A stretch of DNA of 64,000 nucleotides from an uncultured Chloroflexia bacterium. GTDB lineage: Bacteria; Chloroflexota; Limnocylindria; Limnocylindrales; CSP1-4. Below are positions 9,289 through 17,488 of this stretch, piece after piece. The stretch's first letter is position 1; the number at the start of each line of letters is the position of its first letter. The notes below the pieces were generated by a model that was given only the letters and a program-made list of their open reading frames with translations, was not told the DNA's origin and ran no database searches. Both the position numbers and the translations under genes were made by a program. Location: the NCBI GenBank assembly GCA_963768655.1, contig CAVYIM010000006.1, positions 246,895 to 310,894 of the forward strand, in the 5' to 3' direction.

Positions 9289-10281
9289 GTGTCCGTGACA
9301 ACCACCACGTTCTACTCCGAGGAATCGGCCAACCGGCGCAAGTCTTTCTTCCTGGCCCTGTTGGTCATCGCCTTCCTGGCCGCTTTTGGATTCGTGATCG
9401 GTTACAGCATCGGTTACGGCAGCGGCGACGAAGTGGCGTTCGGCATCGGTGCCCTGGTCATCGCCATCGGCATCGGCACGGTCGGTGCTCTGTTCTCCTA
9501 TTTCGGCGGCGACAAGCTCGTGCTTTCAAGCTCGCACGCCCAGGAGGTGAGCGCGCAACAGGCCCCGGCACTGTACGACGTCGTCAACGAGATGGCGATC
9601 GCGGCCGGTGTGCCGATGCCCAAGGTCTACATCATCAACGACCCCTCGCCCAACGCCTTCGCGACCGGCCGTGACCCTCAGCACTCTTCGGTGGCCGTGA
9701 CCACCGGCCTGCTGCAGAAGATGAATCGCGAAGAGCTTCAGGGCGTCCTCGGTCACGAGCTGTCGCACGTCCGCAACTACGACATCCGCTTCACTCTGAT
9801 CGTCGGCGTGATGGTCGGCAGCCTGGCGCTGCTGGCTGGTTTCTTCCTGCGATACACGTTCTGGTTCGGTGGCGGGCGCCGCAACAACAACAGTGGAGGA
9901 GGCGGCGGGCTCGCGATCATTCTGCTGCTGGTCGGGGTGGTCATGGCGGCCGTCAGCTACGTGTTCGGAGCCCTCGTGCAGATGGCGGTCAGCCGCCAGC
10001 GCGAGTACCTGGCCGACGCCTCGTCCGTGGAGCTGACCCGCAACCCGCACGGCCTGGAGAGTGCCCTGGCCAAGCTGGCTTCGGACAACGAGCCGCTCCA
10101 CTCGGTCAACGGCGCCACCCAGCACCTCTACATCGTCAATCCCCTCAAGAAGCTGGGCGGTGGATCGGCCCTGTTCTCGACCCACCCGCCCATCGTCGAC
10201 CGCATCAACCGCCTGCGCCAGCTGACCGGCGATCCGCCCATGAATCCGGCCGAGGTGCGCCAGCTGACGGGGCTCGAATAG
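9289..10281 (+). CDS. htpX: M48 Zn metalloprotease HtpX
   Basis: PNAFATGR, HELSH (HExxH), SRQREYLADA and FSTHPP motifs; follows lemA. Confidence 0.93.
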   Translation: MSVTTTTFYSEESANRRKSFFLALLVIAFLAAFGFVIGYSIGYGSGDEVAFGIGALVIAIGIGTVGALFSYFGGDKLVLSSSHAQEVSAQQAPALYDVVNEMAIAAGVPMPKVYIINDPSPNAFATGRDPQHSSVAVTTGLLQKMNREELQGVLGHELSHVRNYDIRFTLIVGVMVGSLALLAGFFLRYTFWFGGGRRNNNSGGGGGLAIILLLVGVVMAAVSYVFGALVQMAVSRQREYLADASSVELTRNPHGLESALAKLASDNEPLHSVNGATQHLYIVNPLKKLGGGSALFSTHPPIVDRINRLRQLTGDPPMNPAEVRQLTGLE

Positions 10282-10385
10282 GCGATAGACCGGGGCCCGA
10301 AATGGTGCGGGCGGTCGCCTTGCAGCGTTTCGGCCCGGCGTGGTACCTTTCCCCGCGCCGACGGGCAGCCAGTCCGTCAGACCGG

Positions 10386-10461
10386 GCCGAGATAGCTCAG
10401 TTGGTAGAGCACGCGACTGAAAATCGCGGTGTCGCCAGTTCGATCCTGGCTCTCGGCACCA
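10386..10461 (+). tRNA. tRNA-Phe(GAA)
   Basis: Anticodon arm CGCGA-CTGAAAA-TCGCG, TTCGATC, 3' CCA. Confidence 0.96.
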
Positions 10462-10484
10462 TAGACGGCTGGCATGGTTTTCGA

Positions 10485-10560
10485 GCGGAAGTGGCTCAGT
10501 TGGTAGAGCATCACCTTGCCAAGGTGAGGGTCGCGGGTTCGAGTCCCGTCTTCCGCTCCA
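10485..10560 (+). tRNA. tRNA-Gly(GCC)
   Basis: Anticodon arm TCACC-TTGCCAA-GGTGA, GGTTCGAGTCC, 3' CCA. Confidence 0.96.
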
Positions 10561-10611
10561 CTCCCTCTAAGGTGTTGACCCTGGCGGGTGTCCGCCGACA
10601 GATCGAGCCTC

Positions 10612-10685
10612 TGCCCCTTCGTCTAGTGGTAGGACAGCGGACTTTGGATCCGTTGGGCGAGGTTCGAATCCTCGAGGGGCAGCCA
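10612..10685 (+). tRNA. tRNA-Gln(TTG)
   Basis: TGCCCCT acceptor stem, anticodon arm GCGGA-CTTTGGA-TCCGT, GGTTCGAATCC, GCCA end. Confidence 0.94.
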
Positions 10686-10748
10686 GTCTGACTCAACAGC
10701 GCCGGTCCCCTTGCCGGCCAGGCCGCCCAGCGGGGCGGCTCGCGTCGA

Positions 10749-10824
10749 GGCGACGTACCCAAGTGGTTAAGGGGGAGGTCTGCAAAACCTCTATTCAGCG
10801 GTTCGAATCCGCTCGTCGCCTCCA
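10749..10824 (+). tRNA. tRNA-Cys(GCA)
   Basis: Anticodon arm GAGGT-CTGCAAA-ACCTC, U73 discriminator, 3' CCA. Confidence 0.95.
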
Positions 10825-10936
10825 CTTTCCCTCCGGAACGCCGCGCAGGCACAATTGCATCCGGATAGGGGCGCGTCCGTGAACCCCCGACTATCGGGCG
10901 GCATCGAGTGACTGAAGGCGTCGAAGGCGCCCGAAG

Positions 10937-11503
10937 ATGCGACAGGAGGGGCGATCAGTGACCGAGGCGGGCCACCAGCGGACGCTCGTGGACCTTGCCC
11001 GTGCCGGCGACGTCGCCGCCTTCGAGTCGCTGGTGAGAAGTCGAATGGACGCGATCTACAGGCTGGATCTGGCGATCCTGGGCGATGACGCGGACGCGGC
11101 CGACGCGGCGCAGGAAACCTTCATCGCGGCCTGGCGCAAGCTTGGTGACCTGCGCGATCCGGGCCGCTTCGAAGCGTGGCTGCAGCGCGTCAGCGTCAAC
11201 GCTTGCCGGATGATCCGGCGATCGCGCGGCCGGCGCCTCGTCCGCGAGGTGCCGATGGCGGAGATGGAGGCGGTGGGCTCGGAGGTGGCGGCTGCGCAGC
11301 CATCCGACGGCCATGTTCTGCGGGCTGCCCTGCGACGCTTGTCGGACGACCACCGGGCGGTGCTCGCTCTTCACCATCTCGATGGGCGGTCGGTGATGGA
11401 AATCGCGATGGTCCTCGGCATCCCGGAAGGGACGGCCAAGTCGCGGCTCTTCAAGGCCCGTGCGGCACTCGACAGGGCGCTCCGCGAGGAGGGACAGCGA
11501 TGA
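10937..11503 (+). CDS. ECF sigma-70 factor
   Basis: DAADAAQETFIAAW, FEAWLQRVSVN and EIAMVLGIPEGTAKSRL motifs; start could be GTG 10958. Confidence 0.93.
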   Translation: MRQEGRSVTEAGHQRTLVDLARAGDVAAFESLVRSRMDAIYRLDLAILGDDADAADAAQETFIAAWRKLGDLRDPGRFEAWLQRVSVNACRMIRRSRGRRLVREVPMAEMEAVGSEVAAAQPSDGHVLRAALRRLSDDHRAVLALHHLDGRSVMEIAMVLGIPEGTAKSRLFKARAALDRALREEGQR

Positions 11504-13014
11504 GTCCGTGGACCGACGAGCGCCTTAATGCGGCGTACCTGACGATGACGGACGAGCCGGCTCCGCGTGAGCTGGCAGCGGCTACCGTCGCCGCGATCCA
11601 CAGGGCTGCCGAGGAGCGGCCGAGCCGGCGCGATGCGCTCGGTTTCGCCCTGGGGCGGCCGGCGTTGAGGTTACTCGGCAGCGGGGTTGCGGTCGTGATC
11701 GTCGCTGGGATCGTCGCCGGACTGGCGCTGAGATCCGCGACCGGTCCCGCGACGGGTCCGACCGCAAGTCCAACGACGGGGCCGACAGGCAGTCCCTCGG
11801 CCAGTCCGACGACCGGGCCCACGTCCGAGCCGACCGTTCAGGCGATGCCGACGACCGTCGATGGGTTGACCGTGGAGTCGGTGAGCCATGCTCTTGCCGC
11901 GGAGAAGAGCGGCGCGATCGTCGGAGACTCGCTGGTGGCGATCAAGGGCTGGTACAACCCGATGTTCTGGATGGGCTGTCCGGCCGAAACGCCCGCCCCG
12001 GCGCTGGTGGAGACATGCAGCTCCCGAAGGCTTGTCATCACCGAGAACAAGGAGCAGCTCGTTGTATTCAACGGCAACGAGGTCGCTGCGAATATGACCC
12101 CGAGCGGGCCCTACGTCGATGCCCTGGAGCCCGATGGCTCATACGTCGAAGCGGAGTTGCCGGTGAGCGACCAATCGTCGCCTGCTTCCTATGACCCATC
12201 GCCCGTGATCATCGTCGGCCACTTCCACGACGTGCGCGCATCTGCCTGTGGGTCCGATGAGGCGGCCTGCGACGCCGCCTTTGTCGCGGACCAGCTTGCG
12301 TGGTTCGACGGCAAGAGCTTCGGCCCGAATGTCTGGACCGGGGCAGACGCGGCCGACCATGTCCTCAAGCCACGCCTGGGCGCGGACGGCGTCGCGGCCG
12401 CGCTTCGATCCGAGCTTGGCCCTGACGATACGATCGTCTCGATGGGTGCCGTGGGCTCGCAGGATCTGTACACGCTTCAACCGGGCCGCGGGGTCTCGAG
12501 CAGCACCGCGAGCAGCGCTTCTGACGTCGAGTGGTACGTCCGCGTCGCCGGGCCAGAGCCCCGCTGGCCGGAGATGGCATTTGCGGGCGGGTCGAGCGGA
12601 TGGCTCGTCGTGGCGGACGATTCCGGGCAGCTGATGGAGGTAGGCGGCTGGGGCTTCGTCCCGGCCGACGACCCGTCGTACGTGCCGTCGGTTCGCACGC
12701 TTCCGTCGGGCGACCTGGCGCTTCCGACCGTCAACGCGCTCGTCGAAGGCTTGAGCTTGTGCGCCGGGGTCGGTGTCGACGCTGTGTTGCACGGGAGCGC
12801 GACAGATCCGCGGATTGCCTGGCTGGTGAGCAACGCGCCCTTCACGGCTGGCAAGCGCGTAGACGTTGTGTGGCCAGCGGGATATCGGGCCCGCTTCACA
12901 CCGAGCCTCGAGATCCTGGACGAGAACGGCAATGTCGTCCTGAGCGCGGGCAGCCACGTCACCGGTCTGTGCGACGATGGCGGCGCCCTTCTGATGCCGC
13001 CGCCGTTCCCGTAG
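11500..13014 (+). CDS. Membrane-anchored Cys-containing protein, putative anti-sigma/sensor
   Basis: ATGA coupling to the ECF gene; short cytoplasmic N-terminus, one TM helix, P/T/S linker, large extracytoplasmic region with several Cys. Confidence 0.7.
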   Translation: MSPWTDERLNAAYLTMTDEPAPRELAAATVAAIHRAAEERPSRRDALGFALGRPALRLLGSGVAVVIVAGIVAGLALRSATGPATGPTASPTTGPTGSPSASPTTGPTSEPTVQAMPTTVDGLTVESVSHALAAEKSGAIVGDSLVAIKGWYNPMFWMGCPAETPAPALVETCSSRRLVITENKEQLVVFNGNEVAANMTPSGPYVDALEPDGSYVEAELPVSDQSSPASYDPSPVIIVGHFHDVRASACGSDEAACDAAFVADQLAWFDGKSFGPNVWTGADAADHVLKPRLGADGVAAALRSELGPDDTIVSMGAVGSQDLYTLQPGRGVSSSTASSASDVEWYVRVAGPEPRWPEMAFAGGSSGWLVVADDSGQLMEVGGWGFVPADDPSYVPSVRTLPSGDLALPTVNALVEGLSLCAGVGVDAVLHGSATDPRIAWLVSNAPFTAGKRVDVVWPAGYRARFTPSLEILDENGNVVLSAGSHVTGLCDDGGALLMPPPFP

Positions 13015-13050
13015 CCCGCGGGCGCTGGGCCCGCGCTACGCTTCGCGAGT

Positions 13051-13137
13051 GCCGGAGTGGCGGAACAGGCAGACGCAGCGGACCTAAACTCCGCGGCCCG
13101 CAAGGGCGTCAGGGTTCGAACCCCTGCTCCGGCACCA
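13051..13137 (+). tRNA. tRNA-Leu(TAA) with C at position 33
   Basis: GCCGGAG acceptor stem, anticodon arm GCGGA-CCTAAAC-TCCGC, long variable arm, A73, 3' CCA. Confidence 0.88.
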
Positions 13138-13179
13138 GGCTCATGCGCGAGGGCCGGCGTGGCGGCCCCGGAGCGCGCA

Positions 13180-13752
13180 TCACGGGAAGCGGGTAGGGGA
13201 GGATGCGCGAACGGGGGCGCTGTGGGCCGCCGCCGACGCGGCCGCGACGAACTCCGGGATCAGGACGGCAACGCGCAGGGCGAGGACCTCGGGCGGCTCG
13301 GGGTCGTCCATGTTCAGGGTGAGGTCGGGCGAGGCGGGTTCGCGCCAGGGGATGTCCACGCCGACGACGTTGCTCTGCTGCCCGGCGTTGGCCCGGGCGT
13401 AGACGCCCCGGAGGTCGCGGCGGGCGAGCTTCTGCAGAGAGGCTCGCAGGAAGACCTCGCGATAACCAGGCAAATTCGCCCTGTTCCACGCCAGTCGATC
13501 GGGATCCGAGCACGCATCGGCCACGACGACGATGAGCTTCTGCATCGCGAGCAGGCGGGCGATCCGGCCCAGGCGGGCCGACTGAGCGCCTCGTTCCTCC
13601 GCCGTGTAGCCAAGACCGTCGTCGACGGCCGCGCGGACGGCGTCGCTGTCGAGGACGGCGACCGCAGCGACCGGGGCCAGCGCACCGCGCAACGCCTCCG
13701 CCAGCGTCGACTTGCCCGAGCCGGAGAGCCCAACGAGCCAGACGACGCTCAT
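13180..13752 (-). CDS. Adenylyl-sulfate kinase-like P-loop kinase
   Basis: VWLVGLSGSGKSTLA, LDSDAVR, LGYTAEER, RRDLRGVYARA and GVDIPWREPASPDL motifs (CysC-like). Confidence 0.8.
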   Translation of the reverse strand: MSVVWLVGLSGSGKSTLAEALRGALAPVAAVAVLDSDAVRAAVDDGLGYTAEERGAQSARLGRIARLLAMQKLIVVVADACSDPDRLAWNRANLPGYREVFLRASLQKLARRDLRGVYARANAGQQSNVVGVDIPWREPASPDLTLNMDDPEPPEVLALRVAVLIPEFVAAASAAAHSAPVRASSPTRFP

Positions 13753-13819
13753 CGGCGCTCGGCCGGCGGGGCGCTTCGCCGCGTCGAGCCGCAAGGCGGC
13801 GCGGGCGGCGTGTGTCGAA

Positions 13820-14004
13820 GCTGGTACATCGGCGAGGTTGTCATCCGGTTGCAGGGAGGCTGGCATCGACCCGGAACGGTGCTCTCGTTAGATCACGGCG
13901 TGACGGCCGTTTGGCCGGGTGCGGTTTCCCATGTTCGGACAGGTAACCAGTCCCGTACAGGCTGCATCCGGGGGCCCGGCCTGGGGTGGTGCGTACGTCC
14001 CAGC
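13820..14004. ncRNA. Candidate rod-shaped structured ncRNA (6S-like size)
   Basis: Nested complementary pairs 13820-13829/13995-14004 and 13845-13854/13962-13971, plus GGGAGGCTGG/CCAGTCCC; no credible ORF. Confidence 0.4.
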
Positions 14005-14017
14005 AGCGGCTCTTCTC

Positions 14018-14052
14018 AAACCAAAAGGCGGGCCGCTTTTCGCAGCCCGCCT
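14018..14052 (-). terminator. Intrinsic terminator downstream of the flp pilins
   Basis: Minus strand reads AGGCGGGCTGCG-AAAA-GCGGCCCGCC-TTTTGGTTT. Confidence 0.65.
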
Positions 14053-14072
14053 CGGTCCAGCCCATGACGTCC

Positions 14073-14222
14073 CTAGATGTTGGCCCCGATATGGCTGATT
14101 TCCGAATCCAGATTGCCGCTGAAGAACAAGAGCGCGGCAACAGCGAGAATCGCGATCAAAGAAAGAATGAGTGCGTACTCCGCGAGACCCTGCCCTTCCT
14201 CGCGGTGAAGGAGCAAGAACAA
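14073..14222 (-). CDS. flp: Flp/Fap type IVb pilin (49 aa)
   Basis: MFLLLHREEG|QGLAEYALILSLIAILAVAALLFFSGNLDSEISHIGANI; SD GAAAGGAGG before TTG; not in the ORF track. Confidence 0.9.
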   Translation of the reverse strand: MFLLLHREEGQGLAEYALILSLIAILAVAALLFFSGNLDSEISHIGANI

Positions 14223-14431
14223 GAACGGCCTCCTTTCACCAGAACTGCCTGCCGAGTCCCGGCCCTGGCTGGTTGGGGACCGGATCGGTCAGGCGACTTG
14301 CGGGTCGTCGGTGGCATGGATGCCCATCCGAAAGCCTACCTAGGAATGCCGGCGGTGGGTAGGGTTACTATCGTTTACCCCATTGGCGGCGAGTCGATGG
14401 GCTCGCTCGCCGCCAGCCGCTCGGCGTCGCC

Positions 14432-14587
14432 CTAGAGCGCGTTACCGATGGTGCTTAGGATCGTGTTGATCTGGCCGCTCAAGAAGAGCAGCGCGGTGAT
14501 CGCGAGAATGGCTATGAGGGCGAGGATGAGTGCGTATTCGGCCAGGCCCTGCCCCTGCTGGCGAGCTTCCCGTGCGAAGGACGGCAT
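14432..14587 (-). CDS. flp: Flp/Fap type IVb pilin (51 aa)
   Basis: MPSFAREARQQG|QGLAEYALILALIAILAITALLFLSGQINTILSTIGNAL; GGGAG SD; not in the ORF track. Confidence 0.9.
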   Translation of the reverse strand: MPSFAREARQQGQGLAEYALILALIAILAITALLFLSGQINTILSTIGNAL

Positions 14588-14860
14588 TTGCGTCTCCCGA
14601 TCTACGGCTCAACGAGCGACGGCTACGGGCCGATTGGCGTTGACAAGCGTACGGCGCCCGCCTTGCAAACGGCCGTGCAAAATGCTGTGCTTGGTGCACG
14701 CTGGCCACACCCACGAGTACCCGCTCATGCATGGCTCACAAGTCGCGGGGAGCGGGCGCCACGGGTTCTAGCGACCGACGCGATCGATGAGGCGGGCTGG
14801 ATGTCCTGGCGAGCCGCTGGAAGTCCGGCACGGCCAGCGGCGCGGCCGGCATCGCGCTGC

Positions 14861-14947
14861 TAAGATACGGCTGTCCTTTCGGCCCCGACCGGATGGCGTT
14901 GCCATGCGCGCATCGGGGCATATCCCATGGGAAGGAGTCTTTGGCGC
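14861..14947 (+). promoter_or_regulatory. rpsF -10 box and structured leader (possible S6:S18 autoregulatory element)
   Basis: TAAGAT at 14861; hairpin CCCCGA(14883)...TCGGGG(14918) with inner ATGGC/GCCAT; SD AAGGAG. Confidence 0.4.
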
Positions 14948-15367
14948 ATGCGCCGTTACGAACTCATGCTCGTGCTGCGCCCGGATCTTGCGGATGACAA
15001 GGTCCAGGCCTCCCTCGAGCGGACTGCTCGGGCCATCGCGGCCGGCGGTGGTCAGATCGTCAAGCAGGCCCCCTGGGGCCGCCGGCGGCTGGCCTATCCA
15101 ATCGACCACCATCGCGAGGGGTCGTACTACGTCGTGCTCTTCGAGGCGCCGGCGACGGCGATATCCGAGCTCGAACGTGGCCTGCTGATCAGCGAGGAAG
15201 TGCTGCGCCACCTCGTCACCCGCGTCGAGCGCCCCGTGCGGGCCGCTCGCGGCCATGAGGGAGAGGGCGATGTCGACGTCGAGCTTCCGATCGAAGAGGA
15301 GGAGCTCGAGGACGAGGCGCTGATCGATGAATCGGAGAGCGAAGCGGCACCCGCCGCGATCGACTGA
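14948..15367 (+). CDS. rpsF: 30S ribosomal protein S6
   Basis: MRRYELMLVLRPDL and WGRRRLAYPI motifs; acidic tail. Confidence 0.97.
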   Translation: MRRYELMLVLRPDLADDKVQASLERTARAIAAGGGQIVKQAPWGRRRLAYPIDHHREGSYYVVLFEAPATAISELERGLLISEEVLRHLVTRVERPVRAARGHEGEGDVDVELPIEEEELEDEALIDESESEAAPAAID

Positions 15368-15400
15368 GGCCCGCGCAACGCGGAGCTGGAGGCACGCTCG

Positions 15401-15841
15401 ATGTCGCTGAACAAGGCGATGATCATCGGCAATCTCGGCCGCGACCCTGAGATGCGGTACACGCCCAACGGCCAGGCGGTCACCCAGTTCACGGTGGCCG
15501 TCAACCGCAACTACAAGGACGCCAGCGGGGAGTGGAAGGAAGAAACCGAGTGGTTCCGGGTGGTTGCCTGGGGGCCGCTCGCAGAGCGCACGGCGGAGTA
15601 CCTCCGCAAGGGCCGCAAGGTCTACGTCGAGGGTCGACTCCAGACACGCACCTGGGAAGGCCAGGACGGCCAGAAGCACTACACCACGGAGCTGATCGCC
15701 AGTACCGTGACCGGGCTGGATCCTCGACCGCGCGAGGACGGTTCCCAGGAGCCCGCCGGCGCTCGACCGGCGCGTGGCGGCGCCCCGGTGGCCCCGTCCG
15801 AGGATCTTGGATCGAGCGACCTGGACGAGCTGCCCTTCTGA
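15401..15841 (+). CDS. ssb: Single-stranded DNA-binding protein
   Basis: NKAMIIGNLGRDPE and VYVEGRLQTR motifs; C-terminal DELPF. Confidence 0.97.
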   Translation: MSLNKAMIIGNLGRDPEMRYTPNGQAVTQFTVAVNRNYKDASGEWKEETEWFRVVAWGPLAERTAEYLRKGRKVYVEGRLQTRTWEGQDGQKHYTTELIASTVTGLDPRPREDGSQEPAGARPARGGAPVAPSEDLGSSDLDELPF

Positions 15842-15922
15842 ACCCGGCCGGCCTTGCGCCGGTCCCAACGAATCCAATCGCCGCGCCACGGGCGTGGCGG
15901 CGTTGATAGAGGAACAACTCAG

Positions 15923-16201
15923 ATGCCTGCTTATTCCCGAGAAAAGCCGAGGGGCAAGCGCGATGACATGTACCGCGATCGGCGCCGCCGCAAGGTGTGC
16001 ACGTTCTGCGCCGACAAGACCGTGATGATCGACTACAAGGAGGTCAACCGGTTGCGGCGCTATCTCTCCGAGCGTGCCAAGATCGAGCCGCGCCGCAAGA
16101 CGGGGACCTGTGCCAATCACCAGCGGCAGCTGGCCGTGGCCCTCAAGCGGGCCCGCATCGTAGCCCTGCTTCCGTACGCGCCCCAGCACGTCCGGCCCTG
16201 A
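15923..16201 (+). CDS. rpsR: 30S ribosomal protein S18
   Basis: [14 protein letters not shown] and [16 protein letters not shown] motifs. Confidence 0.96.
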   Translation: MPAYSREKPRGKRDDMYRDRRRRKVCTFCADKTVMIDYKEVNRLRRYLSERAKIEPRRKTGTCANHQRQLAVALKRARIVALLPYAPQHVRP

Positions 16202-16264
16202 CGCAGTGGAGCCCGGCGCGCCGGCCCGGGTCGGTCGCGCCGGGTTCGGGCTGATTCCACGGCC

Positions 16265-17140
16265 GTGGCTGAGCTGCTCCTGCTGATCGGCGGCGGCGTC
16301 GCCGCGGGCGCATTCGGCGCGCTGCTCGGCCTGGGCGGCGGCGTGTTGATCGTGCCGCTGCTCACACTGGGCTTCGGGTTGCCACTGCGAGAGGCGGTCG
16401 GCGCCAGTCTGGTCTGCGTGATCGTGACCAGCAGCGCGGCCGCCTCGGTGTATCTACAGCGGGATGTCGCGAACCTGCGCCTGGGCATGACGCTGGAGAT
16501 GTTCACGGCAACCGCGGCCATCGCCGGAGGGCTGGTTGCGTTCCTGGTGCCCGAGCGAGCGCTGGCACTGATGTTCGCGGCCCTGCTCGCGTACGTCGCG
16601 GTCACGATGGCCCGCGCCCGGGACGGTCGCGACGTCCCGGAGGGCCGAGACGCCGGAGACGCACCGGGCGATCGCCGCGGAGAAGCGGCCGAGGAGGCCG
16701 CGCGGCCATCTGTCGACGTCGAGCCCGACGGCGGTGGTGCACTCGCTGCCTCGCTGTCAGGCCCGGGCTATCGCGTTCGCAATCTCGGCCGCGGTGTGCT
16801 GGGTAGCCTGCTGGCCGGCGTGGTGAGCGCCCTGTTCGGCGTCGGAGGCGGAATCGTCAAAGTCCCGGTCATGAACCTCGTCATGGGCGTTCCGATTCGA
16901 GTCGCCACGGCCACGAGCAATCTCATGATCGGCGTGACCGCCTCGGCAGGCGCTCTCGTCTATCTGCTTCGCGGGGGCATCGACCCCTACGTGACCGCGC
17001 CCACGGCCGTGGGCGTCTTCGCCGGGGCGAGCCTGGCGGCGCGCCTGTCTCACCGTGTCGACCTGGGCGTTCTCCGGTTGCTGTTCGTCGCCGTGCTGGT
17101 CGTCACTTCCGCCCAGATGGCGCTGCGGGGGATCGCATGA
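16265..17140 (+). CDS. TauE/SafE family membrane transporter
   Basis: Two GLGGG/GVGGG half repeats; ATATSNLMIGVTA. Confidence 0.88.
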   Translation: MAELLLLIGGGVAAGAFGALLGLGGGVLIVPLLTLGFGLPLREAVGASLVCVIVTSSAAASVYLQRDVANLRLGMTLEMFTATAAIAGGLVAFLVPERALALMFAALLAYVAVTMARARDGRDVPEGRDAGDAPGDRRGEAAEEAARPSVDVEPDGGGALAASLSGPGYRVRNLGRGVLGSLLAGVVSALFGVGGGIVKVPVMNLVMGVPIRVATATSNLMIGVTASAGALVYLLRGGIDPYVTAPTAVGVFAGASLAARLSHRVDLGVLRLLFVAVLVVTSAQMALRGIA

Positions 17141-17487
17141 AGGCCGGGCGGCTGGAGCGGACCGTCGGCCTGCTCCTCGGGGCCGGAGCGCTCGTCAGCG
17201 TTGCGCTGCTGGCGATCGGCATCGCGGCCATGGGAGCGGCGCACGTCGGCCCGCTGGATCGGCCGTTCCCGCCGTTCGACCTCGGGAGATTGCCGGTCGA
17301 CCTGGCGTCCCTCAAGCCGGCGGGGTTCCTGTGGCTCGGGCTCCTAGCTGTGATACTTACCCCGTCGATCAGGGTGATCGCATCGCTGGTTGGCTTCGCC
17401 GCGGCAGGCGAGCGACGGATGGTCGCGGTAGCTGTCGTCGTGCTGGCGGTCATCTGCCTGAGTGCCGCGCTGGGAGCTGGAGGCTAG
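17137..17487 (+). CDS. DUF1634-like membrane protein
   Basis: GLLAVILTPSIRV motif; three TM helices; usual partner of TauE. Confidence 0.75.
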   Translation: MKAGRLERTVGLLLGAGALVSVALLAIGIAAMGAAHVGPLDRPFPPFDLGRLPVDLASLKPAGFLWLGLLAVILTPSIRVIASLVGFAAAGERRMVAVAVVVLAVICLSAALGAGG

Positions 17488-17488
17488 C

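Noticed and set aside
11740-11835. TGPA/TGPT near-repeats in the ECF partner gene
   Set aside because: Common Pro/Thr linker, not a DNA repeat element
13083-13089. Amber suppressor or pyrrolysine tRNA (CTA in the loop)
   Set aside because: The 5-bp stem centres TAA; the long variable arm and A73 fit Leu; TAG is used as a normal stop in many genes here
14223-14760. c-di-GMP or c-di-AMP riboswitch ahead of the pilins
   Set aside because: Consensus elements not found by eye on either strand
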